A stretch of DNA of 39,225 nt from Methanothrix sp. (lineage in GTDB: Archaea; Halobacteriota; Methanosarcinia; Methanotrichales; Methanotrichaceae): contig JAXGJB010000026.1 in the NCBI GenBank assembly GCA_040770465.1, positions 1 to 39,225 of the forward strand, given 5' to 3'. A program made the translations under genes and the position numbers. This document shows positions 1 to 9,465 of the stretch, one piece after another. Numbering within the stretch: position 1 is the stretch's first letter; the number at the start of each line of letters is the position of its first letter. The notes beneath the pieces are model-generated. The model did no database searches. It saw nothing but the letters and a program-made list of their open reading frames with translations, and had not been told where the DNA came from.

Positions 1-1192
1 TGCCGCTTCTACCCTGAGAGAAAAGCCGAATTTGAGCGTTGCCAATTACCTCAAAAGATTGGGCGATTTCAGGGAGCGCCTGGAGCTGGTGGAAGCCTCC
101 TTCAGCCTGAGCTACGACCTCCTCACCCCGGAGCTGCAAAGGCTCTGGTCCCTTCTCTCCGTCTTCCCCGCCGACTTCGATCTCGCCGGGGCCGCGGCGG
201 TCTGGGAGATGGAGGAGACGCCCGCCGAGGACGCTCTCGGCGAGCTTATCAGGTGGAGCCTGATAGACTTCTCGCCATCTGCCACGGGCGAAGGGGGACG
301 CTACAGGCTGCACGACCTGGCGCGCGATTTCGCCGGATCGCGCCTGGATGAGTCTCTCCGTGAGCCGGCTATCCTACGCCATGCCGAGCATTACAAGGAT
401 GTGCTCTCCGAAGCTGATGAATGGTTCTTGCAGGGAAAGGAGGGCGTTCTGAAGGGCCTTGCTCTATTCGACCAGGAGAGGACGAATATTTTAGCCGGGC
501 AGTCTTGGGCAGAGAAGCATCTGGACGAAAATTCTTCTGCTGCGATCGATCTTTGCAAGTCCTATCCAAATGCCGGGGTCTATGTTCTCGGTCTGCGCCT
601 CTCTCCGCGTGAAAAGATCCCCTGGCTTGAAACGGCATTGCAGGCGTGCAGGAAATCAAATGACAAAGCCGCGGAAGGATACCACCTGGGCAACTTGGGG
701 CTGGCTTACTTTTATCTGGGCGAGCTCCAAAAGGCTATCGATTTCTACGAGCAGGCTCTCGCCATCTCCCGCGAGATCGGCGACCGCCGGGGCGAGGGAA
801 ACCGCCTGGGCAACCTGGGTCTTGCTTACTCTGATCTTGGCGATCCCCGGAAGGCGATCGATTTCTACGAGCAGGCTCTCGCCATCTCCCGCGAGATCGG
901 CGACCGCCGGGGCGAGGGAAACCGCCTGGGCAACCTGGGTAATGCTTACTCTGATCTTGGCGATCCCCGGAAGGCGATCGATTTCCACGAGCAGGCTCTG
1001 GCCATCTCCCGCGAGATCGGCTACCTCCGGGGCGAAGGAGCCGACCTATTCAATATGAGCCTCTCTTTCCACGCCTTGGGCCAAAATGAGAAGGCCGTCT
1101 CTCTAGCCAAGTCCGCCCTTGTCATCTTCGAAGAGATCGAGAGCCCCAACGCCGAGACCGTCCGCAAAACGCTGGCAGAGTGGGGCGGCTAG
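1..1192 (+). CDS. NB-ARC (STAND) ATPase with C-terminal TPR repeats, NLR-like; 5'-truncated by the window edge
   Basis: The frame is open from position 2. It shows NB-ARC winged-helix motifs (SFSLSYDLL...LSVFPADFD; RYRLHDLARDFA, MHD-like), followed by 40-aa TPR units (LGNLGLAYSDLGDPRKAIDFYEQALAISREIGDRRGEG). Confidence 0.85.
   Translation, partial: AASTLREKPNLSVANYLKRLGDFRERLELVEASFSLSYDLLTPELQRLWSLLSVFPADFDLAGAAAVWEMEETPAEDALGELIRWSLIDFSPSATGEGGRYRLHDLARDFAGSRLDESLREPAILRHAEHYKDVLSEADEWFLQGKEGVLKGLALFDQERTNILAGQSWAEKHLDENSSAAIDLCKSYPNAGVYVLGLRLSPREKIPWLETALQACRKSNDKAAEGYHLGNLGLAYFYLGELQKAIDFYEQALAISREIGDRRGEGNRLGNLGLAYSDLGDPRKAIDFYEQALAISREIGDRRGEGNRLGNLGNAYSDLGDPRKAIDFHEQALAISREIGYLRGEGADLFNMSLSFHALGQNEKAVSLAKSALVIFEEIESPNAETVRKTLAEWGG
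731..1037 (+). repeat. Near-identical 120-bp tandem repeats encoding TPR units (~2.5 copies)
   Basis: 781-900 and 901-1020 differ at only 4 of 120 nt. Confidence 0.95.
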
Positions 1193-1236
1193 ATCACAAG
1201 GAACCTTTTTATTCGCTCATAATCTTGCCCTCCCCC

Positions 1237-1905
1237 ATGATACTCGTCTATTCCCTCGGCGGCTCCATCCTGGCGGGCCGCGATGCTGAAAGCCTCAAGG
1301 AGTATGCTGCGGCTCTAAAGAACCTCGCCCAAGAGCACCAGATCTTCGTGGTGGTGGGCGGGGGCAAGATCGCCCGAGAGTACATAGAGAAGGCCCGGGC
1401 CCTCGCGGCTGGCGAGGCCTTCTGCGACCTTTTGGGGATCGGGGCGACGAAGCTGAACGCCATGCTCCTGATCGCGGCCCTCGGCAGAGCCGCCGCCCCC
1501 GAGCCTGCCGAGAGCTACGCCGGCGCCCTTCTGGCCTCTGCTCCGGGCAGGATCGTCGTCCTCGGCGGGATGCAGCCGGGCCAGACCACCGACGCCGTCG
1601 CCGCCCTCCTCGCCGAGTACGTCGGCGCCGATAAATTGATCGTCGCCACCTCCGTCGACGGCGTCTACTCCGCCGACCCCGGGATCGACCCGGCAGCGAA
1701 GAAGTACGAGAAGATGACCCACCAGGACCTCGTCCGCCTCTCGAGTGAGACGGAGATGAAGGCGGGGTCGCGGTCGCCGGTGGACCCCCTGGCTGCGAAG
1801 ATCATCGAGCGAAGCTCCATCCTTACCATCGTCGTCCACGGCGGGAAGATTGAAAACTTGAAAAAAGCGGCCGAAGGCGGCCACTCGGGAACGGAGATAT
1901 ACTGA
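1237..1905 (+). CDS. pyrH: Uridylate kinase (archaeal type)
   Basis: Motifs VYSLGGS, VVVGGGKIAREYI, PGQTTDAVAA, VDGVYSADP and DPLAAKII; ATG at 1237. Confidence 0.93.
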   Translation: MILVYSLGGSILAGRDAESLKEYAAALKNLAQEHQIFVVVGGGKIAREYIEKARALAAGEAFCDLLGIGATKLNAMLLIAALGRAAAPEPAESYAGALLASAPGRIVVLGGMQPGQTTDAVAALLAEYVGADKLIVATSVDGVYSADPGIDPAAKKYEKMTHQDLVRLSSETEMKAGSRSPVDPLAAKIIERSSILTIVVHGGKIENLKKAAEGGHSGTEIY

Positions 1906-1949
1906 AATCCTGAAATACTGAAATACTGAAGGGTGGGTCTCGGCACCCT

Positions 1950-2794
1950 CTCTGTTCGATCATGCATGGACAGGCCAGGGCGCTCCCAACATCCCGCTGG
2001 GAACATTGAATCGAGGACGACGACCTGGCACGCCCCAGGACGCCTCCGCCTGCTTATGGCGACGTGAAGCGGATCGTCGGCGTTGACGGTGGATACTCCC
2101 TTTCCATCGACTTCTCCTCACCGGCCGGTCTTCCTTCCCTCGGCCACGCCCCTGATCACGTCCTCCTCTAGAGCCCCTTCAGATCACCGTTCTTTGCCAC
2201 CAGGGCTGCCCTGGACTCTTCGAATCCGAGAGCCTCGGCAAAGCCTCCAAAAGCGACATATCAGGGTCTATGGTGACGGCGGGCTTCGCCAGGTTCTTCA
2301 CCGGGATCTTCGGTATCGAGGCCATCCCCAACGCCGTTCGGCACCAGGCGGTTGGTGGTGTCGTCCCTCCCGGTCACCACGCCCTTGATGGAGGTCTTGT
2401 TGACGGGGGTCGGCCCTAATCTCGATCTCGTCGTCGATGTTGAATTTCGATGTTCGGATGATCGGACCGGTTGGCCGCACCTGGTTCGGCCTCATGATCA
2501 GGTGTAGAAGGTGATCTCGTTGGCGGTGGCCCCCTCAACGGGCGATCCGTTCCTCATCACCGGGATGTCCACCACCTCGTTGTCGGCGTCGAGGTTGATG
2601 GCGCGTAAGCGGCGGCTATGGCCCGGTAGCCTCCTTACCTCCACCAGGTGGGAGGGCCTTCAGAGACTGCATCTGCTCGAGGAAGCCGGGGTTTCGGTCG
2701 ACGATGATCGAGGCGATCTCCTCGCCCTCGCGGCCCGGCCCTTCCGGCGTTGCGGGTCATCAGCGCGGCTCCGCTGTATCGGTGTCGGCTCCAT
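1950..2794 (-). pseudogene. HTH + CBS-domain transcriptional regulator (COG2524-like), multiply frameshifted in this sequence; 3' end approximate
   Basis: Fragments across frames: MEPTPIQ, GEEIASIIDRNPG, QMQSL/KA..HLVE, DNEVVDIPVMRNG, FNIDDEIEI/GPTPVNK, GRDDTTNRLV, SIPKIPVKNLAKPAVTIDPD. Confidence 0.75.
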
Positions 2795-2829
2795 CCTTGT
2801 TCGGGCGAATTTTCACGATTATCGGCTAC

Positions 2830-3940
2830 ATACATGCTGATCTCGGCCGAAATCCGCGCGCAGGCAGATCGGCTTCGCCCGAAGGAAAGCTTCGCCATTC
2901 CTTTTCCAGATTCGCTTGACCGGCTCCTTCCGGACGCGTTTCCGACGGCCATGGTGGCAGGCGCAAGGGATAGACGTCACCCTCGGGGGTGATGTGCATC
3001 CAGTTTCTCCCTGCAAAGCAGCCGAACTCCCGGAAGGCCGCCGGGACGTAGAAGATGAGGAGGCGGCGCCCCCGAGACGAACCTGTCGAGGGCCGCGTGA
3101 TCCTCCTCCGACAGAACCGACCCCAACTCTTCAGCCCACCTCCCCACGGGGACCACCTCGAAGAAGGTCAGTTCGTAGCCCCGGCCGTGGGGCGGCGCCG
3201 ATGAAACTCTTCGATCCGAGACGTCCTCCGCCCTGGGGACGGCGATGTCCACCAGAAGTCCGGCGTCGAGGGCGTTCAACGGCCCTCATGGCGTCGCGGA
3301 AGGCGCCGATCCTTCCCCATCCGGTCGTGCTCCGGCTCGGAGGCAGACGAGGCTGACGTTGATGGCGAAGAGCCCCGCCTCCTTCAGGTCCCGGGCTAGC
3401 TTCGCCGAAAACCCGCTCCCGAGGTGAACATGCAGGTGGAGATCGCCCGGTCGTCGACGGCCCTGACCAGGTCGGGAGCCCCCGGGTAGGTGAAAGGGCT
3501 CTCCGCCGTCAGAGGACGAGGGTGGTTCCCAAATCCAGGACCTGGCCGATGACCCTCTCGACCCGTCCGGCTCCAGACGGTGGTGGCGGCCTGAGTCGGG
3601 AGGGCGGTGAGGCAGCGGTTGGGGCAATTCCTCGGTGATGGATATTGTCACCTGGTTTCAGTCCTGATCCTGAAGGATGACTTGAGGTGGGCTCTTCACC
3701 AGTGCATCAAGCTCCCGGCCTCGGCATCGGCGGAGACCAGGTGGACAGGATCAGCTCTCCTCGGCAGCCAGGGATCTGGCCGTCGGCCGCCTGCAGGGCC
3801 GATTTGACGAAGGAAGATGGGCCAGGGCGCGAAGCCCAGCCTGGCCCTGCCGTCCCCGGACTGGATCCCGTCGACCTCGAGAGGGCTATTGCGAGGGTGT
3901 AACCGCCGCCTTCCCCGCCCCTCTCGCTTCTCCCGCCGCC
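2830..3940 (-). pseudogene. Radical SAM/SPASM-domain protein, multiply frameshifted; ends approximate
   Basis: Fragments: LSTWSPPMP; QVTISITEE/CPNRC (broken CxxxCxxC); GGEPF; LKEAGLFAINVSL; ELTFFEVVPVGRW; FGCFAGRNWMHITPEGDVYP/CAC; RKEPVKRIW (SPASM). Confidence 0.75.
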
Positions 3941-4280
3941 CTTCAATGTAGATCCTCTTCGACCGAAGACCTTCTCTCCCACCACATTTCCTCAAGATCT
4001 CGATAGATGAGAGGACCGATGTTGCGTGGCAGGTCACCCCGGTCCACCTTGAGGAGGATGGCGTCCTGGTCGCAGTCGATCCTCGCCCACCCACCTTCTG
4101 AAGTGGCCTCGAGGATCGCCCTTCAGCCAGAGCTTTTTCGACCTCGACCACAAAAGCGGTGCCTTCCCCGGTCTCCAGGCCTCGCCAGGGCCTCCCAACG
4201 AGTGCAGGCGAGAGCATCAGCAACCCGCCGCTGGCGTCCTGGACTATCGCCGGGACCAGGTCGCCCTGGATCTCCAACAT
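3941..4280 (-). pseudogene. hisI: Phosphoribosyl-AMP cyclohydrolase, multiply frameshifted in this sequence; 3' end approximate
   Basis: Fragments: LVPAIVQDA..LLML; LETGE; WSRSKKLWLKG; RIDCDQDAILLKV; TCH; GEKVF. Confidence 0.8.
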
Positions 4281-4327
4281 ACCTCGATGATAGTGGGCTA
4301 TATCCTATGTGCGCCGCTTCAGCGACG

Positions 4328-5575
4328 ATGACCAGGTGTTCGGCAAGGAGGGGGCCTGTGCGGAAGGTCATCTCGCCCGATCCTGGAGGAGCTTCCGGGT
4401 GGCATCGGAGCTTCCGGAAGCTGGGAACTACCATCGAGGCCGTCGCCCCGGAGGTCTTCGTGGGAAGGTTCGGATACCCCCGGGTCTCTGCCGGCCCCCT
4501 CCTCCCGGCGGACGAGAGAGGTGGTCTCGATCTCGGCTCGGGCACTGGCACAGGCTCGGACCCTGGCCTCTCCCTCGACCCATTCCATTTCTTCCGGCCT
4601 GGTGAGCTGGCCTTGAAGGGGGTCGAGGAGATCGTCGCCCTCCGGTCGTCGATGGTGAGTTCGAGATCGAAGGTGGAGGTCTCGGAGGCAAGAAATCCAG
4701 GAAGGCTCCTGGAGATGGCCCAGGAGATCGCCATGTCCTCGACCCCCGTCGGGACGGAGGTCACCTTCGCCAAGCCGCCGAGGGGTCGCCTGAGGTTCGA
4801 TGGGTTCATGATGCCCTCGGGGCCGTCGGGGTCGATCGAGGAGATGGAGATCACGTCGAACCCGTCGATTCCGAGGAAAGTCGACGCCGTCGTCGATGAC
4901 TCCGATCTATTGGCCGCCAACGCCGTCGGCGAGCTTTACGCCTCCGGAGTCGAGGTAGACGGGATATCGAGGCTCCTCTCTCTGGGGCTCCTCGGCAAGA
5001 AGAGAAAGCTCGTCCCGACCCGGTGGTCGATCACCGCCTCCGACGACATCGCGGGAAAGCATCTCGCCGCCGCGATCCAGGACCACCCCACCGTCGGCGA
5101 CTACCTCCTCTTCTCAGGCCAAAGGCTCGGAAACCACTTCGAGGTCCTCCTCGCGCCGGGCTCGTTCACCTACGAGCTGATCGAGATCTGGCTCCCCCGG
5201 TCCGTCTGGTCCGGCGACGAGGCGTGGATCGGCGCGGACCGCGAGGGGCCCGGCCCGAAGAAGGGGTACAGCGACCTTGCTGGAGGGTACTACGCCGCCC
5301 GCCTCGCCGTCCTTGAACGGCTCGCCGAGATGAGGCGGCAGGCCTCGGCTCTGATCGTCCGGGAGATCACCGAGGAGTACTGGGCGCCCCTGGGGGTCTG
5401 GGTCGTCCGAGAGGCGGCGCGGGCTGCTCTATCGAATCCGCCGAAGAGCTTCGAGACGCTGGAGGCGGCCCTGGCGGACATGGCGACGCGGATCAGGACG
5501 CCCGCGCGCGACTGGCGGCCCCACTCGGAGGTGGTGCGCGGGGTGGGGCAGACGACGCTGGCGAGGTTCATTTGA
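4328..5575 (+). CDS. nreA: Nre-family DNA repair protein (PCNA-interacting); N-terminal Zn-finger region frameshifted in this sequence
   Basis: Motifs VFVGRFGYPRV, RKLVPTRWSITASDD, GGYYAARLAVLE and YWAPLGVWVVRE; C-terminal PIP box QTTLARFI. A broken N-terminal RC..RGLCGR..PI starts at ATG 4328. Confidence 0.88.
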   Translation: MTRCSARRGPVRKVISPDPGGASGWHRSFRKLGTTIEAVAPEVFVGRFGYPRVSAGPLLPADERGGLDLGSGTGTGSDPGLSLDPFHFFRPGELALKGVEEIVALRSSMVSSRSKVEVSEARNPGRLLEMAQEIAMSSTPVGTEVTFAKPPRGRLRFDGFMMPSGPSGSIEEMEITSNPSIPRKVDAVVDDSDLLAANAVGELYASGVEVDGISRLLSLGLLGKKRKLVPTRWSITASDDIAGKHLAAAIQDHPTVGDYLLFSGQRLGNHFEVLLAPGSFTYELIEIWLPRSVWSGDEAWIGADREGPGPKKGYSDLAGGYYAARLAVLERLAEMRRQASALIVREITEEYWAPLGVWVVREAARAALSNPPKSFETLEAALADMATRIRTPARDWRPHSEVVRGVGQTTLARFI

Positions 5576-5646
5576 AGGGGTATGATGGATTATGAACTCG
5601 GTGAGGAGCGCCTTCGGCACGCGTAGATAATGGAACGAGGCATTTG

Positions 5647-5790
5647 ATGTCTTCGGTCGAGGTTAGGCGAGATTCGGTTCGAGATGTCGATGCAGGCGAA
5701 TCTAAAGCCGAGGAGCTGGACAGGCTCGCCCGAGAGACTAGGGAGAAGGGCGTTTCCTGGAAGGGCCTCAAGGCAGAACTTGGATTATGA
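5647..5790 (+). CDS. 47-aa orphan antitoxin-like small protein
   Basis: MSSVEVRRDSVRDVDAGESKAEELDRLARETREKGVSWKGLKAELGL. The tail resembles the SWxxLKxELGL end of RelB-like antitoxins; no toxin gene follows. Confidence 0.45.
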   Translation: MSSVEVRRDSVRDVDAGESKAEELDRLARETREKGVSWKGLKAELGL

Positions 5791-5794
5791 TCCA

Positions 5795-5871
5795 AGGCGG
5801 CAGGCCTCGGCTCTGATCGTCCGGGAGGCGGCGCGGGGGGTGGGGAGATGATCCTCGCGAGTTTCTTCTAG
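5795..5871 (+). repeat. Partial, internally deleted duplicate of the nre 3' end
   Basis: 5795-5827 is identical to 5333-5365 (33 bp). It is followed by GCGGCGCGGG (cf. 5414-5423) and a diverged copy of the last codons (EMILASFF* vs QTTLARFI*). Confidence 0.8.
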
Positions 5872-6117
5872 ACAGACGATTGGTAGTTGATAGAGCTGTC
5901 ATTTTCCAACTTGCGAAATTTAGCCACTATGCGGCCTTAATCCTTGGTGTTCAATTCTCCAATTCGAAGCTCGAATGCAAGAATTTACATCTAGCTCAAC
6001 CATTTCGATTTAATAGTTCTATTATAGATAATAACAGCTAATATCGCAAAATCTCAGAAAGCTTTTTATACTTAAGCTTCAGACTAAAGCCAAACATAGA
6101 TTTGGAGTTAATGTAAT

Positions 6118-7536
6118 ATGAAGATATATACGTTCATCTGTATATTTGTTATGCTCATGCTTATTAATGGTGCAGTTGCTATACAAGATACTCCTCTTGG
6201 AATGGCAAAAGATCCTGAACCTCAGAATGAAACAAAAACTAATGTTTCTGTGATAAAAATTGTTGATGGCACAGAAGGTTATCCTAGATTAGTTTACAAT
6301 ATCAAGACACCAAGGGTAGATGATTTTGAGTTTGTTTTAGCGATAGATAGCTCAGGGAGCATGGGATTCGGTAGCGGACTTAAAAAATTGCAAGAAAGAG
6401 CGGTTATCGGTGCAGTTCCTGATTTCGTCGAAGGAATTCCTGATATGTTTTCACAAAAAAATTTTAAAATGTCGATAGTCAGTTGGGACGACGATATAGA
6501 TTTTGCGTATAAATATGGAGATTTTAATAATATAGATCCGGCGAAGGCTGAACTAATCGATGTAGATAAAGTTGCAGGCGATTTAGAAAATAATTCTGTA
6601 TTTGGCGAAAATTCTGATACCACTTATTATTATAGCTGTGATGAATTAGATAAAACTGATTTTTCAGAAGCTATAGGATCTTCTATATCTATATTAGATA
6701 GTAACAACAAAACGGATTTCCATAGAACCAAAAGATTTATCATATTGGTAACAGGGGGTGGCGAATTCACTGAATGTGATGAAGAATTAATTGATGCAGC
6801 TGAACGTTCCCACTATCCAATATACGTAATTGGAATGGATGTTTATAAAGATACGAGATTATTTAAGCATCTGGAGAGGTTAGGTGGTTATGATCCGAAT
6901 AGGATAGAGTTTATTCCACCAACGCCTGAAACGTTAGAAAAGAACTTAAAAAATGCTTTAGATCACGCATTAAATAATGCAACAATAGCTCCAGTAGCGT
7001 ATAATGTAACCATCTCGGAAACATTCTATAGCTATTTTATTCCGGAAATAGACTCAATAGTCGTTAAAGGCGATTCGTTTGATTCATCGGGCAATCCGAT
7101 AAAATATAAAAATATATCACCAAACGAAGATGGTACGTATACAATCACATTCCAGCTTGCAAACGGTCTGTTACCAGAATGTGAAACAGAAATATCATTC
7201 GATACAGCGCTTTCGTTAAAAGAAATGCCAATAACAGTTACGAAACCACCTAGCCCAATACCAATACACGAAATTAGCGAGATGACCCCTGTGTCGTCTT
7301 TTAAATATGTGTGGTTTAATGGAGATCCATTCACGTTGGAATTAAAAGATGTTCCGATTAATATTGAAACGTCCCGGCTAAGACCCATGCAAGGTTCAAA
7401 TATGGGTAGTTCGATTGGGGAAACTACTCCTTCGACTGGTTCAACTTCAACTAGGATGCCGATAGGTGAACATTTTGGATTAATATCTCTAATAGGATTT
7501 GCTGTACTATTTATGATTTTAAAGCGTGAGGGGTAG
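6118..7536 (+). CDS. Secreted, membrane-anchored von Willebrand factor A domain protein
   Basis: Signal peptide; MIDAS motif FVLAIDSSGSM; IILVTGG; YPIYVIGM; Ser/Thr-rich linker; C-terminal TM helix plus KR. AT-rich DNA. Confidence 0.8.
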   Translation: MKIYTFICIFVMLMLINGAVAIQDTPLGMAKDPEPQNETKTNVSVIKIVDGTEGYPRLVYNIKTPRVDDFEFVLAIDSSGSMGFGSGLKKLQERAVIGAVPDFVEGIPDMFSQKNFKMSIVSWDDDIDFAYKYGDFNNIDPAKAELIDVDKVAGDLENNSVFGENSDTTYYYSCDELDKTDFSEAIGSSISILDSNNKTDFHRTKRFIILVTGGGEFTECDEELIDAAERSHYPIYVIGMDVYKDTRLFKHLERLGGYDPNRIEFIPPTPETLEKNLKNALDHALNNATIAPVAYNVTISETFYSYFIPEIDSIVVKGDSFDSSGNPIKYKNISPNEDGTYTITFQLANGLLPECETEISFDTALSLKEMPITVTKPPSPIPIHEISEMTPVSSFKYVWFNGDPFTLELKDVPINIETSRLRPMQGSNMGSSIGETTPSTGSTSTRMPIGEHFGLISLIGFAVLFMILKREG

Positions 7537-7538
7537 TT

Positions 7539-7952
7539 TTGGAATTTCATATACCAGATATTAATTTGCCTAACCGAGTTATTTGCTCGTCTGTATTGTC
7601 CTGCATATCCTATATTTTGTCATCACAGGTTATATTATCATTTTATCTAGAATATACCACCGTAAAATATGCACTATTTTTAACCCCTCTGCTCTTTGTG
7701 ATAATATATTTCTTACTTAAGTCTATAAAACAAAAAAAGAAATATGATGTAAATAGATATACAATTATGGTATATCTCTCGGTTACATCTATTGCTGTTA
7801 TCTGGAGTTGCATATATCTATTATTAAAATCATCTTATTCGAGTACAAATGATTTAATTATTTCCTATCTGGTCGTACTAGGTATTACTATGGCAGTTTG
7901 GTATACATCACATATTATATTTAAAATCATAAATAAGCATATCGATGGCTAA
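7539..7952 (+). CDS. Hypothetical membrane protein (about 4 TM helices)
   Basis: Very hydrophobic 137-aa ORF 2 nt after the vWA gene, TTG start, very low GC. Confidence 0.6.
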   Translation: MEFHIPDINLPNRVICSSVLSCISYILSSQVILSFYLEYTTVKYALFLTPLLFVIIYFLLKSIKQKKKYDVNRYTIMVYLSVTSIAVIWSCIYLLLKSSYSSTNDLIISYLVVLGITMAVWYTSHIIFKIINKHIDG

Positions 7953-8276
7953 ATAGAATAATTACTGCATCAATCTTTAGGATTTCGAAACTTTCATGCA
8001 TTCTTTGCTTACTGACCACATAAAGTATCGGCTCATCTTTAGATCGGCATGTATGATCTTGGGCTAGAAGTCGTAGTGAGAAAAGCCAAGGCATGGGCCA
8101 GTGAAGCCTCTATTTAGATTGGTTTGGACCACATAAAACGGGGTGTTGCTAGCGAGCTTAGGATAAGAACGCTTCACGTTTCTCCTCCCCCATCTCCCAA
8201 TACGATCACCAAAAAGCGTATATCTCAGCACCACTATAATAATGAGTTCGACCGATAAAACGAGGTGACAAAGTCC

Positions 8277-8861
8277 ATGAGAAAGAGAAGATACCCATCC
8301 ATATTTGACGCCTTTGAGAGCATCTTCCGGGGCTTTCCCTTCGAGGAGGAGCGCGAGGAGGGGATCTACCGAGACCCCTTCGAGGAGCTGATCAGGAGGT
8401 TTCAGGAGGGGATCCCCGAGGACCTGAAGGAGCTGGTCCAAGAGGAGGAGACCCCCGCGGGGACCGCCCGCCGCTACGGCCCCTTCGTATACGGCTTCAG
8501 CTACACCGCAGAGCCGGGAAAGGAGCCGACCTTCCGAGAGTTCGGAAACATCCGGCCCAGCCGCGGCGGGATCGAGCCGAGCGCCGGTCGGGAGCCGCTG
8601 GTCGACGTGATGGAGGACGGCGACCTCTACAAGATCTTCGCCGAGCTTCCAGGAGTCGAGAAGGATGCGATCAAGCTCGACTCGACCGAGCGGACCGTAC
8701 GGATCGAGACCACCGGCGAGAAGAAGTTCGCTAAATTGATCACCCTCGACGACGAGGTCGACCCCGACAGCGCCAAGGCGTCCTACAAGAACGGCGTCCT
8801 CTCCGTAGAGCTGGAGAAGAAGGTGAAGGCCGAGAAGGGGAAGGAGATCAAGATCGAGTAG
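8277..8861 (+). CDS. hsp20: Archaeal small heat-shock protein Hsp20
   Basis: GPFVYGFS...P..REFGN, REPLVDVME, AELPGVEK, AKASYKNGVLSV. Alternative start is GTG 8265. Confidence 0.93.
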   Translation: MRKRRYPSIFDAFESIFRGFPFEEEREEGIYRDPFEELIRRFQEGIPEDLKELVQEEETPAGTARRYGPFVYGFSYTAEPGKEPTFREFGNIRPSRGGIEPSAGREPLVDVMEDGDLYKIFAELPGVEKDAIKLDSTERTVRIETTGEKKFAKLITLDDEVDPDSAKASYKNGVLSVELEKKVKAEKGKEIKIE

Positions 8862-8905
8862 ATGATCGAAGATGATCGAGTAGATGATCGAAGATGATCG
8901 AGTAG
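8852..8905 (+). repeat. Short tandem repeat of the hsp20 3' end (GATCGAGTAGATGATCGAAGAT, ~2.5 copies)
   Basis: The 22-bp unit is directly visible across the stop codon. Confidence 0.8.
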
Positions 8906-8962
8906 GTCTATCTCGGGTCGATCTCGGATAGATTTATACTCTGATAAAATCTATTTTTTAAT

Positions 8963-9274
8963 GCGGGCGCCGGCGGTTGCCTGCAACACCACAGGCCAGG
9001 TGACCCAGAGACCTTCTCCTCCCCGCAAGTCTGCAAGCGACAGTTATCCGCGGTAGGTCTGCTCCCTTCCGGGCCTGAACCGGTCCCAGGCCGTTGAGAT
9101 GACCAGACCTGCCCTCCGGCGAGGCCCAACCACCAATGCTGTCCCCGCAGGGCGGAGAATCACAGTCGGCAACTGGACTGAACCTGCAGCACACGCAGTC
9201 GTCCACCAGCTTCGTCCCCCGCATATCGGCGATCTCGGGTTACAGGTGACGCCGAGCCACCCGGACTAGCCCGC
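8963..9274 (-). ncRNA. ffs: Archaeal signal recognition particle RNA (7S SRP RNA)
   Basis: The reverse complement starts GCGGGCTAGTCCGGGTGGCTCGGCGTCACCTGTAACCCGAGATCGCCGAT (Alu domain with UGUAA). It contains the helix-8 motif CAGGCCCGGAAGGGAGCAG, its ends pair (GCGGGC/GCCCGC), and it is ~312 nt. Confidence 0.95.
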
Positions 9275-9465
9275 GAATATCAGAGTCCTCTGGGGGAACA
9301 TAAACCTAACGCAAGATTTGACCCAAGATGACGATGACGATGATGATGATGAGAGCTGCGAGATGAAGATGAGAAGACCGAGATGAGGATGATAGCTGCG
9401 ATTTGAACCGAGATTCGATCTCGATTTGTGATGCTGATTTTGCTATTGAACCGAGGAGGTGCGAG

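Noticed and set aside
731-1037. TPR (and WD40) near-identical repeats as a diversity-generating retroelement TR/VR pair or a CRISPR array
   Set aside because: The repeats are in-frame, contiguous coding units with no spacers. The differences are not adenine-specific, and no reverse transcriptase or cas gene is in the window.
1902-1930. CTGAAATA microrepeat after pyrH; also purine-rich spacers at ~9325-9400, ~24950-25030 and ~36800-36900
   Set aside because: Short slippage-type or low-complexity intergenic sequence with no evidence of function.
4007-4327. Long N-terminal extension of the 522-aa nre ORF
   Set aside because: It is the antisense of hisI; Nre similarity begins at ATG 4328.
8908-9224. 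Small minus-strand ORFs, or RNase P RNA
   Set aside because: The region is explained by SRP RNA (Alu and helix-8 motifs); RNase P signature motifs are not seen.
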